Part shown: one piece after another, positions 1-11,700 of the stretch
How positions within the stretch are numbered: position 1 is the stretch's first letter
How the letters are laid out: each line of letters starts with the position of its first letter
DNA from: Bilabrum cf. latius
Taxonomy: Eukaryota
Reading direction: 5' to 3'
DNA: 64,000 nt
NCBI GenBank assembly: GCA_965178125.1
Contig: OZ237746.1
Coordinates: 1,054,001-1,118,000 of the forward strand
Translations under genes and position numbers: made by a program
The notes under the pieces: generated by a model
Database searches by the model: none
Told to the model about the DNA's origin: nothing
What the model saw: the letters and a program-made list of their open reading frames with translations, nothing else

Positions 1-39
1 ACCTGCACCTGCACCTGCACCTGCACCTGCACCTGCACC
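1..39 (+). repeat. (ACCTGC)6 hexamer microsatellite encoding (Gly-Ala)n in the minus-strand gene
   Basis: Directly visible; reads GGT GCA in the frame of the minus-strand CDS. Confidence 0.85.
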
Positions 40-1830
40 GCCGCCAGCAGCGTCGTGCCCACCGTCCTTTTTGCCGCCGCCCGCCCACCGGCCGCGCGCA
101 GAGTGCGCCTCCCCGCCCAGGCCCGCCTCAGCCTGAGTCTTGGACTCGAGGGACCACCCGCCGCCGCGGATGCCGCCCGAGGCAGAGCTCGCGCTTGCGC
201 CCGGACCCCCACGCCCGGCCCGGCCCCTGCGCCTCACGGCAGCCCCCAGCCACGGCAGGGCGGCCCCCACCACCTGGAGGTCTCCCATGGCCTTGCCCAG
301 ATACGGCACGCCCCCGTGCACGAACGGGGGCCAGTGCCCGCCCCCTTCCTCCCCCGCAGCAGGCCCCGAGGCGCGCTCCCTCCGGACAGCGTCCTCCTCC
401 AGCTGCACCAGCGCGGAGGGCACCGCGCCCTGCCTAGCCGCCGCTGCCTCCCTCTGCGCGGCCCATCGGCTGCGGCTGGCCGCCCTCCAGCGCGCCACGG
501 CCCCCACCAGCTGCATGCCCGCCTCCCGCAGCCGGTGCACGAGGTCCCCCGACGACTCGCGCGCCTGCGCCCTGGCCGCCGCAACCGCCTGCCGCTGCTG
601 CCGAGTGCCCGTGGGCGCCGACTCGCGGGCCGCTTTCTCCGCAGCCGCCGCGTGCGCCCCCAGCCGCACGGCCCTCCTGAGCAGCTCCTCCCGCTGCACC
701 GCCGCGACCACGCAGTCCCTGTGCAGCGCGTCCAGCTGGTCCACCGTGACTCCAGGTTTCCCTTCCCGCGCCTGTGCTTCCTACCGCTCTCCCTGGGCGA
801 GCGACGGCCGGCTGTCGCGGCCCCACGGGACCTGTCCCACCCTCGCGGCGCTGGAGGAGGCTGCACCAGCAGCAGCAGCAGCAGGGGTGTTGGCTGGGGC
901 GGGCAGGCTGGGGAGCCGCCCCGACAGCCTGCCCGCTTCTCTGGCGGCTGCAGCCGGCAGCATGCCGCTGTCTTCAAACGCGGTGACGCTGGCGCTGGCA
1001 CCCAGGGCTGCACCCAATCTCTTGCCACCATCTACATCGCCGCCTGCCAGGGAGCGGGGGGGGCGTTGCGGCATCATCCGGCGAACACCGAGCGTCACGG
1101 AATGCCCCGCCACTCCAGCAACCGCCGCCTCCCTCGCCGCCCTCCTGACAGCCAGGGAATCGGCCGGACCCATCGACCCGCCGAGCCGGGAGCCCAGCGC
1201 CGCCCCCGCCCCCGCCCCCGCCCCCGCCCCCGCCCCCTCGTGCGCGTCCTGCGACCCTGCGGCCCGGCCCGCGTAGCCGCGGCTGGCACTGGCCATTGGG
1301 GCGTCTAGCAGGGCCATAAGCTCGCCGCCCGCCCGCGCCCGCGCCCGCGCCCCCTCTTCCCCCAATGCAGCAGCCGGCACGGCACGCCCTGCCTGGCCTG
1401 CCTGCCCGCCGCTGCGGCGCGCCTACCCGGATAGGGCGCTGCGACCCTCATCGGACAGGAAGGTGGCCGCTGCAGAGCCACGAGCCGCGCGTGGTTGCGC
1501 TCGGTTGAGCCATTTTCGGCGGGCGCTCAGCTGCTCGGCGCGCTCGGCTCGCTGCGACCGGCGCAGGCGCTTCTGAAATCCGTCGGTGCGGTTGATGGGG
1601 CAGTTGGGGTCGAGCGACGCATCATATTCGGGGATGCCTCCAGCACCAACTTGTTGACGATTGGTACCACCCGCAGACCCGCTTCGGGCCCCAGCTCCAG
1701 GATCGTAGCCAGGTCTCGGGCGAACGCTCTGGCTCATTGGCTCGTCGATGCGAGGGTGGCCACGGTCACGCGCTCTTCGACTTGTTGCGGCTCGGCTACC
1801 ACCCCCTTGATCATCATGCAAGCTACTCAT
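1..1830 (-). CDS. Hypothetical coiled-coil/low-complexity protein, 3' end outside the window; 2 in-frame TAG (1423-1425, 781-783)
   Basis: ORFs 1423..1971 and 781..1380 share a frame and are joined across a TAG. The frame stays open with no TAA/TGA from 780 to base 1 (helical segment ...DCVVAAVQREELLRRAVR... and PFVHGGVPYLGKAMGDL). Start is ATG 1830 (MSSLHDD) or 1929. Confidence 0.6.
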
Positions 1831-2971
1831 CGATCTTGCTTGCCTGCGCAAGGATTCAGACGGTGCTTTTGCTCCGCGACCACCATCGTCGCTCTCTTTG
1901 CCCCATGCCTGTGGCAGGCTAGGCAACATGTACCCCTCTCGTTCCGCTTTCCAGAGAGACAGGCAAGGCACTTGTACAATGCTAGCAATCGATAGAATAA
2001 AAACTGAATCGCAGTGATACTGCCTGCGTTTGTTGCGGTTGAAATCTCAACTGCAACGGAATTGGTGAGGCATCCTCGCACGCGATCGGAGTAGGCGAGC
2101 GTCGCACCACGAGGTGGGGAAGTTCGGATCGAGCCTGACACGGCACCCGAAACGTCATTCGAGCTGATGTGCGCCACGTGCTCGGATGAGTACGCACAGT
2201 CATCGCAGACGGGGGCGCGCACCCGCCGGCGCCTGCCGCCGGCGGTGCCTGCACGCCCATCCCGGATATCAATCATACCGGTGGCCCAGCCGGGCCCACA
2301 GCCGCTGCGGCCACCACTGGCAGGCGGATCGCGAGCATCACGCACAGCCCCTTGGCACCCCTTTAATCAACACGTGGGCTCCATGGTACCCCCTGGAGCA
2401 CCCAGAGATCGATCGCCTGCAGCGTTGTGGTCCACGGCCCCACCGCAATGGGCCACCCCTCCCGCCTGGCAGGGGTCGCTCGCGACCAGCAGAGCGGAGC
2501 GCCGAGCGCCGAATTCAAGCTTTGCGCAAGAGTGGCGGTAGCAGAAGCGCGTGTGATTTTGTCTTGCTTGTCGAAGAGATCCATGTTCCCACAGGTGGCA
2601 GGGGCCTCGTGTGGACGCCGCCTTGCGAGCGGTTGCAACCGCCGTTCGGCCTCGGTCGGCGAGATTCAAAGCTTCGACTGGCCACTGCTTGTGCACTTCG
2701 AGCCAACGATCCTGACTGACCTGCTCTGACGCATTGATTTGACTATAGTGTGAGAATTGCACGGTGCTGCACTATACATCGGCGCACGGTGTCCTCGAGC
2801 GACTCATGTGCGGCTCGAATCTCGCATCGGGTGGTTTTGCGTCTAGCTTAGGCCCCAAGCGCCCGGAATGCCGGCAATCGTTGCCACAAGTGCTCATTTT
2901 GCACGCCTTTCACTTTTGTTGTGATCCCGAGACCTTCGCAGACATCATCGGAACGAAACGATTCGATCGCA

Positions 2972-4609
2972 ATGGCGGCAGCCCAAGCGGCCGGCGGCGG
3001 GTCTCGCGCGATGTGCAAGGAGCCACCGGCGGATCCACCGGGGACAGAGCGCCCTGACGTGGCTAGTGCTGGATACGACCATCTGAAGGACGGAGACCGG
3101 TACAGGAAGGTATCGAAGCTGGGAGAGGGCACCTACGGCGTCGTGTACAAGGCTCTCGTGGTCGAGTCGGGCGAGCAGGTTGCGCTCAAAAAAGTGCGCA
3201 TGGACGCGTGGGACGAGGGCGTGCCTGCGACGGCCATGCGAGAGATCGCCGCTCTGAAGGAACTCAAGCACCCCAACATCGTGGAGTGAGTGAACGCCAC
3301 CCCACGCCGCCACCCACGCCCGCCGGCTCGTTTCCGTGTTCCCACTGCCTCATCCCCGCCCGCCATCAGCACCAACCCCCCCCCCCCCCGCCCCCCCCCA
3401 ACCCTGTCTCTCTCCCACCGCCGCAGCATGCAGGACGTCTTCGTGTCGTTCAGCGGCAACCTGTACCTCGTGTTCGAGCTGCTGGACCGTGACCTGAAGC
3501 AGCTCATGGACGTGGAGGCGGGCTCCCCCCTCAGCGAGGAGGCCATCAAGGCGTACGCCTGGCAGATGCTCAGGGGGGCCGCCGAGTGCCACTCGCACCG
3601 CATCGTGCACCGAGACCTCAAGCCGCAGAACGTGCTGCTGGCCAAGGACGGCTCCTGCAAGCTGGCCGACTTCGGGCTGGCCCGCACCTTTGGGCTCCCG
3701 CTGCGGGCCTACACGCACGAGGTGGTCACCCTCTGGTACAGGGCGCCCGAGATCTTGCTGGGCCAGAAGGTCTACTCGACCGCGGTGGACTCGTGGAGCA
3801 TCGGCTGCGTGCTGGCCGAGATGTGCAGGGGCAGGGCTCTCTTCCGGGGCGACAGCGAGATCGACCAGCTCTTCAGGATCTTCCAGGTGCTCGGCACGCC
3901 CGACACGGCCTCCTGGCCCGAAGTGGCACGCTTGCGCAACTACAACCCGGACTTTCCCCGGTGGCCCGCGCAGCCCGCCCGCCGGTTCTCGGGCCCCTTG
4001 GGCACCCAGGGGCAGCAGCTGCTCGCGGGTCTGCTGACGCTGGACCCCTCCAAGCGGCTGACCGCCACCGAGGCGCTCAAGCACCCCTTCTTCGACGGCA
4101 TGGACGACGAGCTGGCGCAGGCGGTGGCGGCCAGGGAGTACGCGGCCGTGGTGGGGCACCGGGGCCCGCCGCCCCCTGCGAGGTACGTGTCCCGGGCCAT
4201 GGCAGAGGCGGAGGACGCCAGCCTGGGGGTCGCGGGGGCGGGTGCGGGGGCGGAGGGCAAGGGGCTGGAGGACGCGCGCGTGCCGTGGGTGTCGGCCAAG
4301 GCCAAAGAAACGGCGGCGGCCGAGAAGAAGAGGCAGGAGCAGCAGCACGCCGCCAAGAAGGCCGGCGGCGCCGGGGCTGGGGCTGGGGCCAATGCGGGAG
4401 CGGGATCGGCATCGTCTGGTGGGGACGTGAGCGTGGGGCGCGTGGGGGCACCGACCAGGCCGCGGGACCCTCCGTCTGCGGGCCCGCGGGGCGGCCGGGC
4501 CGTGCACCGTCTTCACGTGGAGGCCCAGAACATCGTGCAGATGAGGGACAGGGAGGCGCAGGAGGCCAGCAAGAGGGGGCGCGGGGACGGGCAGGAAGGG
4601 GGCCGCTGA
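2972..4609 (+). CDS. Cyclin-dependent kinase, CDK1/2 (CDKA)-like; exons 2972-3285, 3427-4609
   Basis: Motifs [27 protein letters not shown] (PSTAIRE helix variant), [30 protein letters not shown] and [12 protein letters not shown]. Intron 3286-3426 (GTGAGT...CCGCAG) restores HPNIVDMQDVF. Stop TGA. Confidence 0.95.
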
Positions 4610-4968
4610 CTCTTGCTGGGGCCCAGCGGGGGTTTTCAGTCCAAAGCCTCTGGCCTGCGACGGCGAGTGCTTGTTCCTGGAGGAGCGGACGCGGCTTGGA
4701 GCTGCGGTGCCCGCCCCCTCCCCTGCGGACAGCACGGAGCTGGCGGCCGGTGGCCCCTCGACGGTGCTGGGTCCGGGGCACATCTTGGGGGGCGTCTCGG
4801 AATGCATGAGTATTGCTACTACGACAGCTTTGAGTTCGGAGCGCACTACACTGCTGCACGTGCGTGCAGCATGCTGCTGAATGCTTGTTTCTGGGCCGGT
4901 GGTGCAGTGCGCTGCCGCGCCAGTTGGACCTCTGCTCGCATTCCCGTGTGCCTCGCACACCAAAGGCC

Positions 4969-7047
4969 ATGAGCAGCAAGGCGCACAATTTCCTGAACCT
5001 AAAAGCATGGCACCCCAATAATGCCAGAAACCGGCGAAAGATTGCCGAAGCTGAGCAGGCGGTGAGCGCCCTTGCGTTGCAGAAGCTGCCGCTCGCACTT
5101 GCACCGTTCGTATGTCATTTTCGAAACGCGCGTTTACCCGCATCAACGCATTTCACCTCACCGCAGCATGCACAAAAGGTCAAGTCGGAGATCGATGCGA
5201 AGGCGCGACTGGAAGCCCAGTACGAAGCGATCAAGCAGCGCAGGTTGCTTGCCGAGGCGACCGGCGAGCAGGACCAGCTTGCAGGCACGGATGAAGGCAC
5301 GGCATGGATGTACGCAGGGCATGGGGTCGGGGATGGCGGCTAGGACGAAGCGGGGCAGGACCAGCAGACGCAGACCGAGGAGCAAGCTTTCCTAGCGAGG
5401 TTCCAGTCCGCCGTGGAGGGCGGAGACCGCGGGCTCGGCGGCGGCGGGGACCGGAAGCCCGCCCCAGTAGCGGACGGACGGGCCGCGTAGATGGCGATGC
5501 AATTCGGCGATGGCACCCTCGGTGATGAGAAGGCCGGGCTGCCGCGCCTGCCGGAGTCCTTCCGTCCCCGGCCGCGCGTTCCCAGGCAGGACGAGGACGA
5601 GGGCAAGCAGCCGAGCGAAGGGGGCGCGGGGAGGGCATCGGACGGATCAGGGGGCGCGGGTGCGGGCCCGTCCAGTGGCGAGGGTGCGAGCGAGGGCGAG
5701 GTTGACGATGGTGAGGAGGGCAGAGGGAAGGGCAAGAAGTAGTAGGTGAAGAAGAAGAAGAAGAAGAAGGAGAAGAAGAAGAAGGAGATGGGCCAGGCTG
5801 AGCTGGCCGTGCTGCGGGAAGACCCGCTGGCAGAGGAGCTAGGGCTCATGCCGGACTCGGACTCGGGCTCAGACTCGGATTCGGATTCGGATGCAGATTC
5901 CGAGGAGGAGGGGGAGGGATCGGTGTCTGGCAGGGGGGGCGTTGGTGGGGGAGAGGTAGAGGGACAGGAGGGAGCCGACTCGGGGTTCGGGTTCGGGCAC
6001 GGTCGGACCCGGGTCGGCGGTGGCGGCCGTGGGGAGGGGCAGAGTTAGTCTTTGGACATGCGGAAGGTGCTCAGAGACGCGAAGAGGCGAGCCAAGGGCA
6101 AGGGCAAGGGCAAGGATAAACAGGAAGGGGACAGTGGGGGTGATGGAGGTCAGGGCTAGGGCGGGGGGCATGTGGACGGAGGTGCGGGCAGGGGTGCGGC
6201 TGTGGGCCTGCCGTCATCTGCACCAGCGCCACCGCAAGGACCAGAAAACTTTGCAAGCTCAAGCTCAAGCTCCAGCTCCAGCTCGGCCTCTCGTGCAGGC
6301 GCTGGCAGCTCGCGCAGCATGCTGGGCTTGTCTGGGTCTGCAGCCCAAGCCTTGCTCAAGGCCGCGGGGGGCGGGCAGGTGATGGCCACACTGCTGGAAG
6401 CTGCTCCGCGGTCGGTCACAGATACTCCAGGTCTGGATGCGACAGCATCCGCTGGGCGAGCCCCACAGGGCGGGTTGGGGCACGGCAAGCCCGATGATGC
6501 CAAGGTCGATGATGGCGAGGAGGGCGAGAGGGAGAGGGATGTGGCCGCGGCTCTTCGCGTGCTGCGGGGAGTGGAGGGAGGCAGGGCCCGCCGGCAGATG
6601 ATCGAATCTCTGCCTCGGACGGTGGCTGAGGGGGTTGCTGCTCGTCTGTTGCTGCAGCAGCAAGGCTCGGGGGCGGAGCAAGGGCACGGCATGGGGGCTC
6701 GCGAGTGCCGGTTGCTACGGGAGGCCCAGGACAGGTCCATCCGGGGTGGCAGCAGAGCGAAGGGGAAGAGGAGCAGGGGGGAAGACAGCCGCGAGCGCAG
6801 GAGAGGAGACAGCCGCGAGCGCAGGAGAGGAGACGGCCGCGAGCGCAGGAGGGGAGACAGCCGCGAGCGCAGGAGAGGAGACAGCCGCGAGCGCAGGAGG
6901 GGAGACAGCCGCGAGCGCAGGACCAGTCACCACCGCGGTGGCCACCGCTCTAGGCACCATCGGCCCTCCTCCGATTCGGCCGGACATAAAAGAAGCAGAC
7001 GAGACGATAGGGATGAGGGGAAGGACAGAAAACGGCACCGCGGCTAA
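4969..7047 (+). CDS. CIR1/Cwc25-type (Cir_N domain) protein with charged low-complexity tail; intron 5062-5166; 6 in-frame TAG (5341, 5488, 5740, 5743, 6046, 6157)
   Basis: The N-terminus FLNLKAWHPNNARNRRKIAEAEQ and a later WMY motif are typical of Cir_N proteins. ORFs 4864.., 5491.., 5746.. and 6172.. are one frame separated only by TAG. Ends in TAA at 7045-7047. Confidence 0.8.
6784..6921 (+). repeat. 24-bp coding tandem repeat, ~5.75 copies, encoding DSRERRRG
   Basis: Unit GACAGCCGCGAGCGCAGGAGRGGA repeated head to tail with no spacers. Confidence 0.9.
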
Positions 7048-7290
7048 GCTTGCCACGCGTGCACCGCATTCAATGATGTTCCTGCTTCGGCCGCTCCAAA
7101 ACGCGGCGCAGCCAGTCCCGGAGATTATGCCCTAACATGTGCGTAATGGAAGTGAATCATTTTGCATGCCAAGTTTCCGTGTTTTGTCTTGCTGGCATGG
7201 AAGCGCCCGAGGTTATAGGGTTTGAGATCCATTCCACCGACAGCCAGTGGCAAGCTCTGGTGGACGTCCACCCAAACGCAACAGCTTCCA

Positions 7291-8436
7291 TCAGATCCAC
7301 CCCGGGGCTTTCGGAAACAACCGGATCGTGGCGTATGCCACGGAGAATAGGCCTGCGGCGGCAAACACCGCACCCATGGACCGGCAGAGACTCCAGCAGC
7401 CTTTGGACACGTGCGCGTCCGCCCTGGCCGCGGCCGCCTCGGCCCCGTGTGCGCCCTACTCGGCCCCTTCCCGCAGATGGTCGAGTGTGCCCAAGTCCTC
7501 TCGAATAGAACCCCCCACGACCTGTGCCTGCTCTCGCAGCGCCCCCACCGCCCCCGCGATCGATTCGAGGATCCCGTCGGCGCCCCGCTGCCCGCTCCCT
7601 TCGCCCCCCCCACCCCTGCCGCCGGCGCCTCTCGCGATGTTTCCAGCCGCAGACCACGGATTGGATCTTCTCGATCCGGGATCGGTCGGCTGGCCCAGCA
7701 GCTGGGCCCGAGCGGAGCGCAGCCGCCCCGCGGTGGTCTGCTCGCGAGCCCCTGGCAGCGGCCCCACCCCCCGCTCGGGGGACGAGCCAGCGGCTGCTGC
7801 CGGGCCTGCGGTTCCACTTGGGCTGCGTGGCTGCGGTGGCACGTGAACCTGCGCATGCCCCCGGGTGTGGCCGGGCTCGACGCCGCCGCTGCCGCCGTGC
7901 CTCTCGCTCGAATTGCCGCGGGGGATCGGCTGGGAGGCCACTGCGGCTCTCACAGCCCTGGAGCGATTCCTGAGCCAGAGCGCTACCCTGCGCCACCTGG
8001 ATTCCAGCGACGCAATCGACGAGACGGCGTTCACACCTTCTCGTTTGTGAGCGCCTCGAGGCGGCGGCGTGGCCTGCGCCGCAGCAGCGCCTGGCGGCCC
8101 ACCCGCGCTAGGCCATGAAAGGCGGAGCGCAGGCTCGTTCGCGTCTGACCACCGCTTGTTCAAGCGTAGGATTAGCCCAAACTGCTGCGCATGAGCTCGC
8201 GCGAGCCGAAGCAGCATGTCGCGGCACGCTTTCGACAGAGCGGCCAAATGCACGATACGCACGTCCTCTTTGCTTGCAGCCGGGTGAAGCAGTGCAATCA
8301 TACCGCTGATCGAAGTACCGTCTTTCTAAAGGGCCGTTCGGCGTTCTTCATCTGCTCTGGCGCACGCACTGAGCATGCGCTCGGAGGCCTCGATGGAGCG
8401 TCTAAGCTGCGCTCCGAGGGCCACGGCCCGCGCCAT
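7291..8436 (-). CDS. USE1: USE1-like ER Qc-SNARE (tail-anchored); 2 in-frame TAG (8326-8328, 7456-7458)
   Basis: Starts MARAVALGAQLRRSIEASERML...L*KDGTSISGMIALL and has a C-terminal heptad region. After the TAG at 7456 comes ...KGCWSLCRSMGAVFAAAGLFSVAYATIRLFPKAPGWI-TGA, a single C-terminal TM helix ending IRxFPK as in USE1. Internal introns cannot be excluded. Confidence 0.6.
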
Positions 8437-8737
8437 GCCTTCCTCAAAGGTTCGTCAGAGTATCCAATTTAGTGTAGCTAGTTCAGAAGCGCATGCTCGT
8501 GGTCACTGTCGGTAGCAAGTAGTGCTGCGCAGCTGGACAGCCCGGCACAGGCGCCCGCAATCTGGCGGATTCCGGCCTCGCGGCCCGCCGGCGCCCCCTC
8601 CCTGCCACTGGCAGTCGGTGCCACCGTCGAATTCGATCCAATGGGAATTGACGCTGCCGACGGCAACCATCCTAACAATCGCTGTCTGTTGCACCTGTGC
8701 ATTTCAATAGTCTGTGCAATTCACCGAGTCGCCGGCC

Positions 8738-11700
8738 TCAGGTGCCCCTCCGTCCCTTCTTCTTCCGCCGGCGACCCCTGCCCGCCGGGGCCTGTCCGGC
8801 CGACCCTGCACCGCGTTCCAAGGAAGGGGCCTCGCCCGTGGTCCCGCCGCTCCCAGCAGCACTTGCTCCATGGCCTCCCTGCAGGATGGTCTGTGTCATG
8901 GCAAGCACCTCCTCGATCTGCTCCGCGCTCAGAGAGGCAAGCCCCTCCGGCAGGCCAGCGCCAGCACCATCATGCGATGCACCCGCACCCGCACCCGAAG
9001 CCGGCCCGCCGCCGCTTTCACCCCCCTGCTGCTGCTGCTGCTGCTGCTGCGCGCCGGCAGCCGCCCCGCGCACCATTCGCTGCAGCAGGTCACGCGCCCC
9101 CTGCGACTGCAGGAACTGCTCCGCCAGTCGCCTCTGCTGCTGCTGCTGCTGCCCAGGGTCCGCCTGGGCCTGGGCCTGGGCCCGGGCGCGGGCCTGCTGC
9201 TGCTGCGTCCTCGCCGGCCCGTGACCCGCTCGCCCCCCCATGCCAGCGCCCATCCCCGCCCCGGCGGCCGCCTTGTGCCCCTTCTGCTTCTCCTTCTCCT
9301 TCTCCTCCTCGGCCAGGGCCTGCCTTTGCTGGAGGAATCGGCTCACGGCCACTCCCCGGGACCGGTGCAGCCTGGCCTGCAGCGCGGCCCGCCGCACCAC
9401 CGGGTCCTCCGCGTCCCCCACCACCGCCTGCAGCAGCCGCGCCGCCTGCTCCTGCGCATCGGCCGCCGTCTTGAACTGCCCTACCGTCGCCCGTGCCCGC
9501 GCCAGCAGCTCCAGCGCGGGCACGGCGGCGTACACGTCGGCCTCGGGAGAACGCGCCTTGAGCGCCGCCTCGGCCGCCTGCTGCGCCCAGGCCGCGTGCC
9601 CGCACCGCAGCGCGTCCTCGGCAGACCGCAGCAGCATCTCAGGCACGGAGGGGTTGGACGAGTCCCCCGCCGCCAGCCGGGTCAGCAGCAGCGCCCGCTG
9701 CCAGCAATGCGCCGCGCCCTGCACGTCTCCGCACCGCGCTAGCGAGCGAGCCAGCTCCCCGTAGGCCGCCGCGGTGTCGGGGCTCTCCAGCCCGCACACG
9801 CGCTCCGCCGCCACCACCGCCCGCTGCGCCGCCACGGCCGCCTGCGTTAGCTCCCCCAGCCCCGCCAGCGCCCGGTGCGCCACCCTGAGGGCCTCCACGA
9901 AGTCAGGGTGGCTCCCGTCGCACACGGCCAGCCCGTGCTGGGTCGCGTCGTAGGCCATCTGCAGCGCCTCCTCGGCGCGCCCCTGCGCCAGGGCGTCCTT
10001 GGAGCCGTCCAGCAGCGCGCGGGAGGTGCCCGGCGACGCGTCCTGCGCCGAGGTCCGGATGACGGGCACGAGGGCGGCCACGTCGGCGGCCCCGAGCGGC
10101 GCTGGGGTCGCGCCCAGAGCCACGGGGCGGGCCCGGAGGCGGATGCCGGCCAGCTGGCACACCCTCCGCAGAAGGGACACCCGCGCCGGCTCTTCCGCGG
10201 CAAGCGATCCACCCCCTGCGGCCCAGCGGCCCTTGAGCTCGTAGCCCTCGAACGACGAACGCACACGCTCCCGCACCCCGGCCCACACCCCGGCCGGAGT
10301 GAGTGCCCCCGAGGCGGAGGACCGCAGCAGCAGCAGCTCCCTGACGCAGCGAGCCCCCGAGGGCCAGGCCGTGCACGCCGCGCCCCCATTGGTGGGCGAG
10401 GCATCCTCGGTGCTGCCCCCCTTCGCCTTGCCCTCGCGTCCCTTGCCGGCCTCTTCATCGCCGGGCAGGCAGTCGCCCGCGGGCCCGTGCTCCACGCCCG
10501 CCAGCTCCAGGCCGCCCTCGGGATCCAGCAGGTCAGAGACTGCAGCGGCGGCCGCCAGGCGCTCCTAGTCCTCCTCTCTTTCCGCACCACCGCCCTTGCC
10601 CTTGCCCTTGCCCTTGCCTTTGCCCTTGCCCTTGCCCTTGGGTGGGGGGCGGGCTAGAGAGGGCCGGCCGATCGCCTCGGCCACGGCCGGCGGCAGATCC
10701 ACTCCGCAAGCCGAGGCCACTCCGGCCGACACAGCCACCCATCCCACCGGGTCCGGGTGCCACGTGTCCCCGTCCTCCGCCGCTTTGGCTTCGCTGCCTC
10801 TCTGCCCCTTTGCCCCGACCAGGCAGTTGAGGAAGGCAGCCACCGCCGGGGTCGGGCACTCCCGCAGGGCCGGGCGGCCGTCCAGCAGCCTCGATAGCAT
10901 GCCCGCCGCGCTCCGAGCCACCATCTCCCCCTCTAGCAGATCCAGGGCCCACCGGTGTCCGGCCTGCATGCGAGCGGGGGCGGGCGAAGGCTCAGACTGA
11001 GACTGAGACTCGGGCGGCCCCTCCTCCCCACCTAGCCGTAGCATGGCACGAGCCACGCCTCCCATCCGGTGAGCGGGCACGCCCATTGCATCCAAGGCCC
11101 TCGTCAGCGAGGAGCCGTCCACGCTCGCCGTGGAGCTGGCCAGCAGGGCCCGGGCCAGGCGTGGCACCAGCGAGTCCCTCACGTACTACCCGCAGCCGAG
11201 GGGACGCTCCTCCTCCTCCTCCTCCTCGCCGCCGCTCTCGTGCTCCACGCCCTTATCCTTCGTTTCCTGCTTGTGTTTGTCTGGCAGCAGACAGACGGCG
11301 ACCCTTCGCAGCGCAGCGGCGCTCGCTTCCACCCGCCCCACGACCCCGTCCTCGCCGCAGAGGGCCTGCGCCTCTTCGGCGGGCAGCGGCCCCTGCTTGC
11401 TCCCATCACCGCCACCGACCTGCTCCTGCTCCTTCTCCTGCTCCTTCTCCTGCTCCTTCTCGCCCCCTTCACCCTGGTCGCCTCCCGCGCTCCTGGCACG
11501 CACTGCCACCGGCACCGCAGGGTCAAAGGCCTCGAGCCCCAGCAGCACCCGCAGCTCCCTGTCGCCCCCCACGCCGTACTTGTCCAGCACGTCCTGCCCC
11601 AGGCCAGCCAGCGCGTCCGCCATCATGGAACCGTCCGGCGCCCGGGGGACCCCATCCTGGCCCTGCACCACCGTGCCCTGCAAGAGATCTTGCTGCAGGG

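Noticed and set aside
1-39. (ACCTGC)n at the window edge as a telomere
   Set aside because: It reads in frame as Gly-Ala within a CDS and matches other coding hexamer repeats in the window.
2000-2950. Short ORFs between gene 1 and CDK
   Set aside because: No motifs or consistent splice structure; treated as a divergent promoter/UTR region.
6784-6921. 24-bp repeat as a CRISPR array
   Set aside because: No spacers; it is an in-frame coding repeat in a eukaryotic gene, and there are no cas genes.
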